From the NCBI GenBank assembly GCA_030141605.1, contig JAQGDQ010000450.1, positions 124,001 to 188,000 on the forward strand: a DNA stretch of 64,000 nt. Reading direction: 5' to 3'. Below the pieces are notes generated by a model. The model was given only the letters and a program-made list of their open reading frames with translations, did no database searches and was not told the DNA's origin. The stretch is from Tubiluchus corallicola (Eukaryota; Animalia; Priapulida). The translations under genes were made by a program, and so were the position numbers. Shown here one piece after another: positions 28,015 to 41,380 of this stretch (positions are counted from its first letter, which is position 1; each line of letters begins with the position of its first letter).

Positions 28015-28860
28015 AATACATAATAAATAATAAATAATAAATAAATAAAACTTTTACGATTTGTCTTTATTGTATTAAGTTTTAGTTTGTTACCATAAAA
28101 ACATTACATTTATACATATAATACCGAATTTACGTTAGTAAATATAAATAAAAATAAAAAAAGAAAATTAAGGCGTTAGTAAAAAACAAAATTTAGATTA
28201 AAAATACAGCTCTGCTAAAGAAAATACTTTTCATTATTTTCATGATATTATGGCTGGCTAAGAAGCTGCCAGACTTATAAGGCCAAGTTCACTAAAATAA
28301 ACAAAAAATGTTCCAATAATGAAAGTAAAAAATGTACGATGAAAATTATTTAGTATCATAAAACTATTATAATATAATTATCATTTTCTTTTTAAAACAC
28401 GAGCGCGATTTACTTTTTTCACTTCACAAAGCAAGATTTGCCATGAAACAGGACCTTGACAACCAATAAAGTGTTTCATAAGGTCAGTTCACACAGTTCT
28501 CTCTTCGGAATATGGTAGTCATTGAACTGCCTAGTGTTGTACATATAAAGTATCTTGTTTAGTGTAAGATAATTACTACAAATATTAGGAAGCATACCAT
28601 TAAAATGTTTGTGAATAAAACAGGCAACTTTCATACATACAATATCATTAATTTTTAAAATGTTAAGCTGATTAAATAAAATATTTAAATGAGCACTGTA
28701 ATCCGAATAAATAATAACTCTAATTAACTTTTTTGTAGTTCGTTTAACCCGACCAAAGTAGAAGCATAAGCATAACCCCAAACAATGTTGCAATAGTCAA
28801 AATATGGGTTGACCAAAGCATAATACAACTATACTAAAGCATAATAGAACTGTAATATTA
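28015..28860 (-). mobile_element. LINE (CR1/L2-like) 3' fragment
   Basis: Minus-strand YSDYSAHLNILFNQLNILKINDI..FIHK..NGMLP; (AAAT)n tail at 28015-28050. Confidence 0.8.
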
Positions 28861-29449
28861 TTGCAACTTACCTTCAAATTTTAGACTTCGTGTTTCCTAA
28901 ATTTCAAAATTGTTAATTTCACTGTTCTTCGCAAGTGGTTAAACTTGAATCCAGACAGTAGCGAATCCAAACCACGAATGGCTGTATGGAGGACTACTAG
29001 GCAGATATTATACTCGCTAACACATTACTCAATTTAGTAATGACGCATCTCCGCTTAAAATTTTTTAGAAATTGACGTACAACGCAGGCACAAGAGAAGT
29101 ACTTTACAATTGGTCTAAAAGTCGTTAAGAATCAATGACTCAGGAAAAAGTAATTCGATTGCACATTTATTTACGTAATTCTGTTTAAACAAATTTGCAT
29201 ATGTAATCCCAGTAGGTATGAAAACGTGAAAAATTTGCTTATGTTGACGTTTTTGCTACAAACTTAAACACTGGCAACTGAATTTTTAATGTACAGCATT
29301 TTTAACTTTGACTTAATTTCGAGCATGTACGTCTTGGCATTTCTTCCCAAGGATTTCCAGCATTAACCGGCTGCAAAAAATCAATGCAAAGTAATACAAA
29401 CAAACAAACAACATTAAAGGTACTGTTCATATTTCAACCTTAGTCGCGT

Positions 29450-29725
29450 AGGCACGTTCAGACTAGCAAGTTTTCAGTCACGAGGTTTCTCTCTGTCAGC
29501 AAACTCGCAGGTGTGAATTTATTTGCGAGTAACTGTTTCCAACTTATTGCAAGTTCTCCGACAGCTGCTGCGAGTTAATTTCCTGCGAGTTACTGTCTAG
29601 TGGTTTCAAGCGTTGAATAAACAAGTGTGCGTTAGCTCATACCTACTGCCGGAGAAGAAGCAGTAGCAAGTCTTGCTGTCGACGCTTGCAAATTACTTAA
29701 CGAGAAAACTCGCCAGTCTGAACAC
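29450..29725. mobile_element. PIF/Harbinger-like MITE
   Basis: GTTCAGACTAGCAAGTTTTC ... GAAAACTCGCCAGTCTGAAC terminal inverted repeats. Confidence 0.72.
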
Positions 29726-29756
29726 ACAATAAGTGGCTAAGGCCAAAATGGTACGT

Positions 29757-32060
29757 TTACGCGCCTCCTCCACATGGACTTTGATCCGTTTCCGTTAAAC
29801 CCAGATGGTGCATGAAACTTTCCGTACCTCTCCCAAGCAATAATGCTAGCGCGTTCCTTTCCAGGTGTCGGCTATATTTTCCAAGTGGTAGTCTAGTAGG
29901 CTTCAGGTATATTGATATCTCTGACTGTTCTCCTGCAAGTTGATTAGTGTGATGTAATTTTCTTTCCCACATTGCCTTTATGAATTTCTGTGTCTTTGTA
30001 TACTTCAGTTCTTGTCTTGTAACCACATTTGTTATACACTCGTTTCGTTTTATATTAATATTTTTCACTGCTTTTAGAAAGTATTTTGTTTTAGATATAT
30101 GTTCAGCTAGAAAGTACTGTTGTGGGTCTGAGCTTCGCCTTGCTTTGCATTGAAACTTTCCCTCACTCAAGGACACAGATATGCGGCCTGTATGTTATTT
30201 CAAAGTCTCTTTAAAGTATAAAACACCCCTGTAAATCAAAATGTAATAATCTTACCTACATAAAATTCACAAACCCTACCTTCTGATTGGCTAAAATTTG
30301 CTATTTGACTGATTGCTGGATTGGCTATTTCATCTGTGCGAAGTCTATAAATATAAGTGCCACATTCTATTCCATTGAGTTCAGTGGATACTGGAATTTG
30401 AGCACCAAACAGAACAAGCCTGCAGCTGCCCTCGCAGGACTTATCTTCCAACTGTTTCGGTGTTAATGTGAGGGAGTGGTAAACCCTCAAGGGCATATTC
30501 ATTTTTATGGTTTTTTGTTTATGTAATTTGTTCTTTTCGGTTACAAAGATTCTTTCAAACATTAACATTTTAATTTTACAAAATTATTAAGTTAGTCAAG
30601 ATTTTGGTCAGGCCTTATGCCGCTCTTTCAAAGCTGGTAAATCTCTACCAGCCGTTTGGTTTACTAATCTCGTTTCGGGATGTGGTTTTCGAACCGAGGC
30701 CTCTCGCCCACGGTCTGGTTCGAACCGTCCAGGGGTTATTACAACAACTACGGCGGCGAGGACCCGACGGCAGAACACTAGTGTCAAAAGTGGGATGGGG
30801 ACAGGATCATTGCCTGTTCCACCTTGTGTTTACGGAGTTTTCTCTAGTTCTCCAGCCCCCTCTTCTGCGCAAATGTGTGACTTGGATGACCTTTGTGTTC
30901 CTCAATTTGCATTCTCTCTTCTGAGCAGAGCACTCCTCCCATTGTTCAGAGTGAGCCTTGTGTATTTGACCGGAGTCTTAACTATGACCACAAACATTGT
31001 GCTGAAGAAATTTCCATTTCTAGTTATATAGATGATGATTGTGATGAAATTGTTTTGGCATGGACTTGTGACCCACTTAATCCCCGTCTTTTGTGTCATG
31101 CGCATCGCACGTTGCCGTCTGTTGTACCTAGTTTACCGTTTTCTGCCAGTACTGTTTTTACTGCGTCTAGTCAGTTTGTTCAGTCTGAAACCTGTTTCAT
31201 CTAACAATGACTGTCTGGTTTCTGCTCCTGGGCCTTCGCCTATTTTGTCAGCTAGTACCTCTAATTTTCATAATCATAATGGCATTTTTAGGGAGCTAAA
31301 CATTCTAAATTAGACTTGGGTATTATTCCAGTTTATGCGGGAAAAATAAGTCATAGATTTACAATACTGAATCTTCCTCGGTCACAGTTACAGGCGCACT
31401 GTTTATATTTATACGCCACCTGTTGCACCAGCTGTATAATTACTTACACAGGTCTTGTGCCGTTTTATAGGACTCAAACACTGATTCACCTGCCGCTAGG
31501 GCTGCGCTGTCATCAGCAAACTTAATTTTTTTAGTGCTTTCTCAGTTTTGTACTTCTATCATCATATCCGCCACATAGAGTACAAACAAGATTGGCGATA
31601 ACACTGATCCTTGCGGAAGACTCATGTTGCCGGTGTACATTTGCGACATATAATCGTATATCTTAATGTTTAGTTCTCTGTCTGTAAGGAATGCCTGTAT
31701 TGTCCCGAGGAATTTTTCGTGAGTGCCAGCTTCTTTTAGTTTTCACACAAATCCTTTTGGCTAAATGCTATCAAAGGTTTTCTTAAAATCACATAGCTGT
31801 GTTATGCTGTTTTCCTCGTCAATTGTTTCTTTTGCAATGTTGGCTATTAGCCTGTACAAGTAGCGAACATTGCTGCACCCAGATGTAAACCCTTCTTGTT
31901 CCGTATCTATGCAATTGTTATATTCAAAGAAGCTTCTTAGTCTCTGTTTTCAATTAATTTTTCTATTAATTTTCATAGCAATATGAAATTATTATAGGTC
32001 TGTGGTTGTTTGCATCACTATAATTTGTCTTGCCTAGTTTTTTGAAAAACACAATTTTTG
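29757..32060 (-). mobile_element. Degenerate non-LTR retrotransposon ORF2 (reverse transcriptase through C-terminus)
   Basis: Minus-strand motifs in order: NHRPI, QEGF, DFKKTFDSI, LPQGSVLSPILFVLYVADM, KFADD (about 31510-31520), WCNRWRIK, and C-terminal HHLGLTETDQSPCG. Many stops and frameshifts; 30600-31300 may be a secondary insertion. Confidence 0.82.
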
Positions 32061-33126
32061 ATTTGTTCCATAGATAGTTCCATAGTTCCATTTGTTCCAT
32101 TTGATTTGTTGACTTGAAAAGTAAGCAGTAAAGAAGTACCATGTTGTTATGAACAAAAGCCGTTATATTCAAGCTCTCCAGATTCAAGCTCCCCAGAAGC
32201 AAACCAATTGAAAAAAACAATTATGTCTAATAATAAATAAATAAATGACAATTAAATCAGAACATATTTATGCTTATTCTTAATTAGTTCTGTATTTATT
32301 TTATCTTATAGGTACGAAACAAATTTTAAACAAACACAGAAGGTCCCAAGTTCAAATCTAAGCAGAAGTCCAACTTATCACACTTCCTATTTTTTTAGTT
32401 TGGTAATTTTTTTTATTAATTGTCGGCTTGTACCATTTGTACATCGTTGTGTTTAAAATGACTATCTTGTTGAGATGTGGTGTGTACAATGTCACTATAA
32501 CGTTTCTTCTGGTTAAATTGCTATCTTTGTTTCATATTCTCAATTATTTTTGCGGCAATATTTTAGTGAATGGTAGTAGTATGTAACAGCTTAATATGGT
32601 AACACCATGCATTAATGCAAAAGATTGCCAAAAGAACAAACATGTATTACGAAATATAATTATTATTGTTATGATTCTAAGAGGCCAAATTTTTTATCAA
32701 ACTAGATATTATTCATTAAAATGCAGCAAAAATACAGCAGAAATACGAGGAAGTGCAGGAACTAAGCATAATATTCACGCATTAAAATTTACCAGCAACT
32801 AAAAGGGAAAGAAGATATCCCTTAAAAGAAATCCCAAAAACTTTACATATAAAGTTGTATTTGGCATACTTAGCATATTGCTTACTTGTTTGTAAGATAT
32901 GTAACTAAAAAATAAAATTCCGAGCAATTTAAAATGTTCAGAATAATATAGTTGGTAAAACGTCAATGATTCGCTATCCCAGTGTGCACTACTGGCTCAC
33001 AAAAACATATTACAGTGTTGTTCATCATCATCACATCATCACTGTTGTTCATAGTGATTTACATATTAGCACATAAATTATATAAACAAAAACCTAGGCC
33101 TGTATGCACATGCAATACCCCATTCT

Positions 33127-35266
33127 CTACACAGTAGTGTGGATTTCTGGCTGGTCCCATGCTCCTCGTAAATAGACGAAGACTGTCCAAACCGAAACTA
33201 CTATCTCTGCGCCCCCTGTTATCAACTGAACGGAATAAGCAGCCGAAATACTTCTAATCACTTTTACGCATGTGTCGTCCATCATGTACCTGCACTGAAT
33301 GCGCTTGTAACTAGCATACTTCTCAGATTCAGCGTGAATCAAAAACGACTGAACAGCAATAAGAACTCCACCAAAGATTGCTGCAAAAATACTCGTGACA
33401 ATGAAGGACATCATCAACGACTTCCTTCTTGGTTTAGCTGAAGAAACAACTGCAAAATCCATGACACCAGCTACAAGGAAGAAAATTCCACACCAGATAC
33501 CAGTTCTTTTATTGTCCGGTGGAAGTCCGTACCACCATGTCCACTTGTGGGAACAGATGAGAACAATTGCAGCTACCTCCAAAAGAATGGCAAGCAATCC
33601 AAAGAGGACCTAGAAGAAAGACTGTCGTTAACTGAATGCCAGACTGTGAATGCCAGAATGTTTATAAATCATCGCGATTTATTTCACAAATCATTAGCAT
33701 CTTCACTATCATTATCATCATCGTCATCGCTGCCATCATCATCATAATCATCATCAACATCATCATCATCATCATCACTATCACCATCGTCAACATCATC
33801 ATCATCATGGTCATCATCAACATCAACATCGTCATCATCATCATCGTCGTCATTAACAACGGTAGCAGCAACAATGGTGGCAATGGTGCGACAGCAACAA
33901 GACCCAAAATCCCACAAAGAACGTAATTTGGAAAATTAAACGTGATGTAAGCATAAAATTAAAGAACTATTATAAAATCAGCTCGTACAAATGGGTGTCG
34001 TGACTGATGCATAAAATTAAAAAACCTATTAAAAATGGGTTCGTGCAAAATGTGGGAGATTAAAAATGGGTGAAACATTGGGAGATTATTGTGAATTCGT
34101 GCAGAGATAATAAAATTTGCAAATTTACAAGTTTTCAAATTCAGGATAAGTTGACAACACTATAAATTGTGACCGAACGACCAATAACGACGAACGTTAC
34201 AGAAGACACAGATATCTGAAGTTTGACAGATGAAGCCGTAGAAACTTCATACAGCGGATAGGTAAGTTAGCTAGGCATTAACATTGACTACAAGTATTTC
34301 TAAGTACACATACCAGTTGGCGCAGAAAGAGGTTTAGACCGTAATATTCATAATCATATTTATTAGTGCCAAAACACATACACTACAAGAAAAAACAAGA
34401 CATACATACAATTTCAATTTTGAAATATAGTGACACTGCAGGCAAACAAAACAATTATTGATAAAACAAATATTATTAAATCTTCTGATTAGTTGTCTCA
34501 AATAAGCTGGCAATTAGCGATAATTACGTGATGACTATGAATGACAGAATGTTCACAAACCATCTCACAACAGTTATTACCAATTGTGAGCAATGAGTTA
34601 AAGAAAGAAAGGAGGTGCTGAAAAATTATGAACCAATCGGGACTTGAACCCGGTTCAACTGCTGTATGTCGTGTTTCTTTCTTGCAAACGACTATTCAAT
34701 ATGAATCCTTTAACAACAATTAATAATTTATAGTCATAATATTAAAATTATTATTAATAATGATACAAACCCTCAATTAATTAATTTTGAAACTGAACTT
34801 GAAAAATAGGAAATAAATTGATTGAGAGTTAAAAGCCATGAACTTTGAACTGTCATGGTTGTGTGACACGGTATTCTAGCGACCGTGGTGTCAACCTGGT
34901 AAACAGAAGGTACTCAGTTCAAATCCGGCAGTTTGGTTTCTAAATTCAATTTATTATGGATCTCTACCGTCACTTGGCAACATTTTTCTTGCTTTTTTGG
35001 ACCACGTGAAACGCCATTAATTGCACACACTCACTTCTTTATCTGAGCCTTAGTACGCCACACACAAAAATATGGTCAACGTACACCCAATAGTGGATGC
35101 TGCTCAACAAACAGAACGCAGATCAATGCAGTGAGCTTTAGTGATAATTACTTCTTAATTAAAAGAAAAGTCTGACGTAAAAGTAAAAATCACTTCATTC
35201 TAAGCGTCTTACTTGAAAAACACCTAACCGAAATAGGCACGATTTCGAGCATGCGCATCTTGGCAT
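33127..35266 (-). CDS. MS4A/CD20-like four-transmembrane protein, 2 coding exons, about 178 aa
   Basis: Exon 1 35266-35213 (MPRCACSKSCLFRLGVFQ, then GTAAGA donor); exon 2 33609-33127 after a CTTTCTTCTAG acceptor; phase 0. Four hydrophobic segments, TM2 motif TGIWCGIFFLVAG typical of the CD20/MS4A family, and two Cys in the second extracellular loop. Confidence 0.8.
33700..33855. repeat. Degenerate (CAT)n microsatellite in the MS4A-like intron
   Basis: Read directly; explains the poly-I, poly-M and poly-D ORFs. Confidence 0.9.
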
Positions 35267-35417
35267 TTCCTCCAAGGTTTTCCAGCATTAACCGGCTGCA
35301 AAAAAATCAAAGCAAAACAAACAGTCAAATAAAGTAATACAGTCAAACAAACAAACAAACAAACAAACAAACAAACAACATTAAAGGTACTGTTCGTATT
35401 TCAATCTTAGTCGCGTA

Positions 35418-35695
35418 GGCACGTTCAGACTTGCGAGTTTTCAGTCACGAGGTTTCTCTCTGACTGCAAACTCGCAAGTGTGAATTTATTTGCGAGTAAT
35501 TGTCGGCAATTTATTGCAAACTCTCCGACAACTGCTGCGAGTCGATTTCCTGCGAGTTACTGTCTAGTGTGAACGCCTCAGCTTCACGCAGTGAGTTGTT
35601 AGCTCGTGCCTACTGTCGGAGAGTAAGTAGTAACATTTTTTGCTGTCTACACTTGCAAATTACTTGGAGAGAAAACTCGCACCGTAAGTCTGAAA
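35418..35695. mobile_element. PIF/Harbinger-like MITE
   Basis: GTTCAGACTTGCGAGTTTTC ... GAAAACTCGC..AAGTCTGAA; shares its left flank with the 29450 copy. Confidence 0.72.
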
Positions 35696-36068
35696 GCACA
35701 GTAAGTATCAACGCATTTGTTCTTGTTCTTGTTCTAAAACATTAACAAATTTCCCAGACAATTTTATGGGGTGGTTGGAATAGCAGTTTGGTCATAGCGT
35801 GTGCCTGGGTAGCACCTGGATAGGTGACCACCAAAAAAATTTCTGTGCGGTTTCCTACCACCCCGGTTATTTACCTGCTGAGGAAGGTTGCATGATTCAT
35901 TTGAATGTAACTAAAACGCTTAAAATGTGTGCCCCACCTGAGGGGCTCATCCTAGAGTATTGACTAGATTCCAGTCCCATAACAACAATCAACCATGAAG
36001 TAGTCATTGTGGTTGAGTGCAGTAATCCGATTTGTAGTGTTCCGATCTATATAAAAAAGGTATTAGTA

Positions 36069-36446
36069 CAGGGTGGTAGGTAATTTCTTTAGGGATGCGG
36101 AAGCAACGAATAACGTTGCAGAATAATTTATCACATCAAAGGATTGATGAAATAATATTCTCAAAATTTAATGTTCTCTTAGGATACCTCCGATGTGCTT
36201 GGCAAGCTTTAGGTCCTGTGAATTTTCGTGTCATTCAGTTCAAATGAGAAAAATTAACCCTAGAATCTTCAGGTCACTGCTTTGATCATATCCTTCGAGA
36301 TTGGCTGTACCAGACAATAGGTTGTTGGTACAAACAAAATGTTGAGAACGTGATAGATTCGTAATTATTTCAGCAATACTTTGCAATGAATTATTCTGTA
36401 CTACGAATCATTGCTTCTACCCAGCAAAAGATTATACACCACCCTG
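36069..36446. mobile_element. Tc1/mariner-like MITE
   Basis: TA|CAGGGTGGT ... ACCACCCTG|TA: short TIRs with a TA duplication. Confidence 0.6.
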
Positions 36447-37228
36447 TATATAAACACTTTCATAAAAACAAGCTCTTACACAAGTAAAGGAATGGAATTT
36501 CACTTCAAAACAGCAATGCTGAAACACCCAAATCTGAACAAACGAAGTTTACACAAGTTTACTGCTATTTAATAGCATCGCAAAGCGTACAGTTATGCAG
36601 CAAAAAGCTGTACTGTAATCGTGAGCGTAACATTGAATTCATGTCTATACGGCATGGTGGACGCAAAAATGAGCTAACATTTACATAATAATTATTAAAT
36701 CAGTGTTTAAACAGCACAAATAACAAATTTATTACACGTCAGCACATCTTTTATTTCATTTCTTGATGGGGAAGAAACGGAATTTTTAAAGCATGTCTCA
36801 AAAACTTTCTATAAAAAGTTATATGAGTTAGCATTAAGTGTCAGGTTTTGAAAGACATAAGACACATCTAACTGGAAAAGAAATTTCTTAGTAATTTGAA
36901 ATTTTTGCTCTGGCTGGTAAAGTGTCACTGTTTCACTATCCCAGTTAGCACCAAAAACGTCACTGGCTATTAACCTTTTATAGGTTTGCTTAGTAAGGAT
37001 TGTGTGTACTACAAATGCTTACAAACTTTACGCAATGTTATTACAACTTGATTTAAACGACCTACCATCAAAATGTTATGCCGGGAGTTTAAATTTGCAA
37101 CTTTTAAACAGTGATGCTACTAATTCCAATTCTGTATGCAGAAACCCAACATGTAGATCCTACGAAATTCTTAGTCTTATGTAACAATTCTGTTTCCTTT
37201 AATTTGTTACAGGAATCACGCGAGTTGT

Positions 37229-38974
37229 TTTTAAAACGTAGGCTACGTTTCAGCTCAGTCAATGGCGCCATTCGACGACATTTAGTTTTGAATGGAATAA
37301 GTTACCAGAGACAAGAGCAGTGGAGGCTCGTAGCTAAAATTACTGGGGGTGCTGCTTCAGAAAAAATTTGCCATTGTTTTAAAAAGAACCAAACATATGT
37401 AATTTTAATGTTGTGATTTGTAATTGTAATTTTAAAAAAAAGCATACGAAAGTTTATACGTAAACTTTATAAAATCCTAAACAAAAAATATTTTTTTCTT
37501 ACTAATAGCCTAAATTATCGCCGTTTCAAGTTTGATCCATTCACGGTAAGCACATGACAACTGCCAACAAACTGTGTGAGCGACAGTACTTTCTGTATGC
37601 ATAGCCGCATGCGAAAAACAGCCATACACAGCATTGCTGGAGCGCACTGTCCTGGACTGTGAAGCAATCCTACCCTCACGTGCTCTGGTTCCGTACAAAT
37701 ATAAAGAAAAAAGACTTATTATATTGAATATTATTGATAACACTGGGTGAAAATAGGGGGTGTTGCAGTTCCACAGTACCGATACACGAGCCGCCACTAG
37801 ACAGGAGCGAATGTATTGTCGGACTTCGAAGTCCGAAATCATTTCTAGTGTTAATCTATAACTGTAGGCCTTAACTGGGTACGTGGAAATTTCACTCAGT
37901 TTTCGATGGAAGTAGGTCTCAAGATAAAATGAATTTAAAGCAGCGTAACTAGTTAATTGATTTTTAAACATGTCGTTTCACAACCACATACTCAGAGAGC
38001 CACGTGTAATGGCCGATGGGTAAACTTGCACTAGTTGGCATAAAATTAAGTTAATAGGTTTCAAGTTTCTGAGCCGCTTAATCATGGCGTCTTTGCAAAT
38101 TGATTTGATCTGCGAACTTAACGCTAGCATTTTGCCAGCCAACCAGCAAAATAGGAAAAGCATGCATACTCAGAAAGTCTCTACGCAGTTTCATTTCAAA
38201 GTGAAAAATTTTCTGATTTTGACAGTGTAGTTTATAATTATGATCCCTTTGGTCAGCCATTATAGGCCTATTTATTAATCTGTTTAAACTATCGATACCT
38301 GCCTGCGGTAGAAAAAAAATGGACGAACTATAAAAAAACCTTCCATACAAAAAAATATCACTTTGCATTACGCTTACTTGTTTCAAGGACTTATGTAACT
38401 GGAAAAGAAAGTTCTAAAATGTTTTTGGACCACCTTGTAAAAGCGGCATTGTATTACCATTCACCAGAAACACATTATTCTTATTGACAATGTAAAGTAA
38501 TTTATACTTTTGCTTAGTTAGCAAAAAGTGTACTACTTTTTAGCGAAATTTAGTAACTTTAACCAACGTGATACAGCTCAACAGGACGAAATTTAGTAAC
38601 TTTAACAAATGTGATGCAGTTCAACAGGACCTTGTTGACAGTTGCATATCCTTACCGTGAATGGATCAAACTTGAACTGCGATAATTTAGGCTATTAGTA
38701 AGAAAAAAAAATTTTTTGTTTCGGATTTTATCAAGTTTATGTATAAAAAACTTTTGTATGCCTGTTTGTTTAAGATTATAATTACAAATTACTACATTAA
38801 AATTACGTATGTTTGCTTCATTTTAAAACAATGGCAAAATTTTTCTGAAGCAGCACCCCCACTAATTTTAGTTACGAGCCGCCACTCTCCTTTCTCTGGT
38901 AACTTGTTAAATTTAAAACTAAATGTCGTCGAATGGCGCCATTGTCTGAGCTGAAACGTAGCCTATGTTTTAAA
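37229..38974. mobile_element. Long-TIR non-autonomous DNA element (about 330-bp arms)
   Basis: 37229-37563 is the reverse complement of 38638-38974 (for example TAGGCTACGTTTCAGCTCAG / CTGAGCTGAAACGTAGCCTA). No transposase motif seen inside. Confidence 0.8.
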
Positions 38975-40130
38975 TATTAAAAAGTTTGAGTCGGAGATCG
39001 GATCAACCTGTCGCTCCCGGCTCGCAAACGGGCGCATGCACAGTTACAGCTGGGTTCATCACAGTGTAGATCATAGCTTACCCTCTATTACCTATTCTGT
39101 GGGTCTCCAGTTCACAGCTGGCTGCAACGATGCACCTTGTGACTTACAACAGTGAAGGGCTGATCGTTGAAAGGATAAGCCCTTGCTGAGGCAACATTTG
39201 CTTGACTGAAGAAGCAAGGATCTACTCCCAACTCTCCCCAATAAGTTAGTCTTACCAAAATGTATATATGAGCAATCGAATTCTAAAACAACAACTTGTG
39301 GCGTCTTAGTTGCGTGGTGCAGCTTCTACTAAACATCTTGTGGCGTGTTAGTTGCAATGAGTAAGTTATATGCCACGTTGTTATCAAGTTGCCACGGAAG
39401 CTAAGTCAAAGCTGAGCATTGTGACATCTTTCGGCAAAAACTCGTACAGTATTAAACATTTGTTTAAAATTAACAGCAATAAGATCAGCATTTTATTGTG
39501 TTGTCCAGTAAAATTTTAAAGGCAATCGAAATCTTGGAAATGTCTGTCAGTGCCTAGCTGTATTTTTAAATACTTGTAAAAATTGAAACATTATTCCAAC
39601 TTTTTGTTAGAATATTTTTCGCAAATTTATTGCGAAAATGAAATAAATTTTATTGTTCCATTCCGTAGACGATCCTTATATCGCTGCCCGAGTTACGTAA
39701 ATCCCACTGACATCTTTTAACCATGTTTATAACAAGAAAATAATTTCTATTTCAGGATACTAATATTACGTAGATATTTAATATAAATTTTTACCGCACT
39801 TGAAATAAGACACCGCCATGATTTGCTATATCTGTCATGCTTGTTTATCTTATACGCACCAAAAATAAAGAGAGACAACAAAGAGCTGGAACAGACAATA
39901 AAGAGTTGCTACATAAACAACAGCTGACCTATTTCTATCAATTTGTCACAAAGTTTGTTTGTTGTCCAGCAAACCAGACTGAAGGGACAGTTAGGTACTA
40001 TTGACCATAGCAAACATAATATTGATCAGTAAATGGCTTGCGTGATTGACAAATAAAAAGCAAAACACAGTAACGAATGCTTTCAGTCCACAAGTAGACA
40101 GTCCGCACAAGCAACGCGTTTTACAGTGAA

Positions 40131-41380
40131 ATGATTTCCAGACGTGCGCTACTTTTTCTTACTAGTGTCATTATCTTTCAGTTAGCAGTATTTTGCATCA
40201 GGCCATCAGCGAGTTGTTCGTCAAAAAGTTGTTCGTCTTAAGCGCCTCAGATACAGAGAGCATTGCATTCCAAAAGGATATGCTGTGATTCGTGAAAACA
40301 AACAGGATGTGCAGGATCACTCACTTACAGGTGCTGAACTTGCATTGGGTATCTGGGATGGCGATCCCCTTGCAAATTTCACGATCAATGTAATTCTGCT
40401 ACTAAGTAATGCATTAAACTTTAGCTTTAATGTAAAGACGGTTGAAAGTCCAGAAACTGTGGTTGAAAAGGCTGAGCCAGACATATTTGGACTGGTGATA
40501 ATGCTTTATGAATGAACAAAATACATGACTTTTCTTCATCCAGTCACATATACACCATATGTGTTCGTTACAAAACGGTAAAGGTCTGTTAAATTGAATC
40601 CCTGTAACTTGTTCATTACAAAACGGAACAAGTTAAATGGGTTCAATTCAACAGTCCCTTTCGGCACGCCGGATTTGCTTACTCCTAATAGCATACGATC
40701 TCTTGGCTTTTATTATGCTGCCTTGATTGTCAAAAAACGACAAGCAATGAAAATCATTTCAATCAAATAAACTATAGTCCCAATAAGACAGGTATATTCT
40801 GATTGCCATGTACACAGGAACAATGGTCAGTAAGTTGTTTGTAAGCAGGCAACAGTATGCCTTCTCTACTTTGCAAGAGTTAGTAAACAGTGACATTGTT
40901 CCTGCGACTCTCGGAGATTTTGCTTTTACTGCCATGTTAAAAACCAGTCGACCTGATACAGATTATGGCAAGCTGCAGAGGAAAATGGAAACTGATGCCT
41001 GTGCATTATGCGGCTACAGGAATAGATCTCACGGCTACGGGGCAGTACACATTTTTTCAAGATAGCACCTATGCAAAGTTATCTTTTGTCGTTATCCAAT
41101 GTAGATTTTCTGTTGAGGTCCCAACAGAAAGCAATTACACTGAAGCACTAAACTGCGGCTTTGCCAGATTACTACAATGTGACATGATAACAGGGGCTTT
41201 TAAATTAGCTGCTAAATCTGTCAGAGCATTGTTTGGACATGTCCATTCAAACAATAGAAGCACAAGAAATTCCTGCTGAACAGCTTAGTGCTGCATTCTG
41301 GGTAAAGCTGTTTGGAATGAGCACCAACACTTTTTACTTTCATAATAAATTCACTTTATTATCCTATACTGTTAAATAAT
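40131..41380 (+). pseudogene. IR-like pseudogene (array unit 1)
   Basis: Colinear with 44878-46284 (LALGIWDGDP, MYTGTMVSKLFVS, TLQELVNSDIVP). Nonsense TGA at 40513-40515, frameshifts, an inverted insertion near 40580 and deletion of the pore region. Confidence 0.85.

Noticed and set aside
33636-33926. Poly-Asp, poly-Ile and poly-Met ORFs
   Set aside because: Translations of an intronic (CAT)n microsatellite.
37510-38386. 153-aa and 102-aa ORFs inside the long inverted repeat as a transposase
   Set aside because: No DDE or other recognisable motif; likely chance ORFs.
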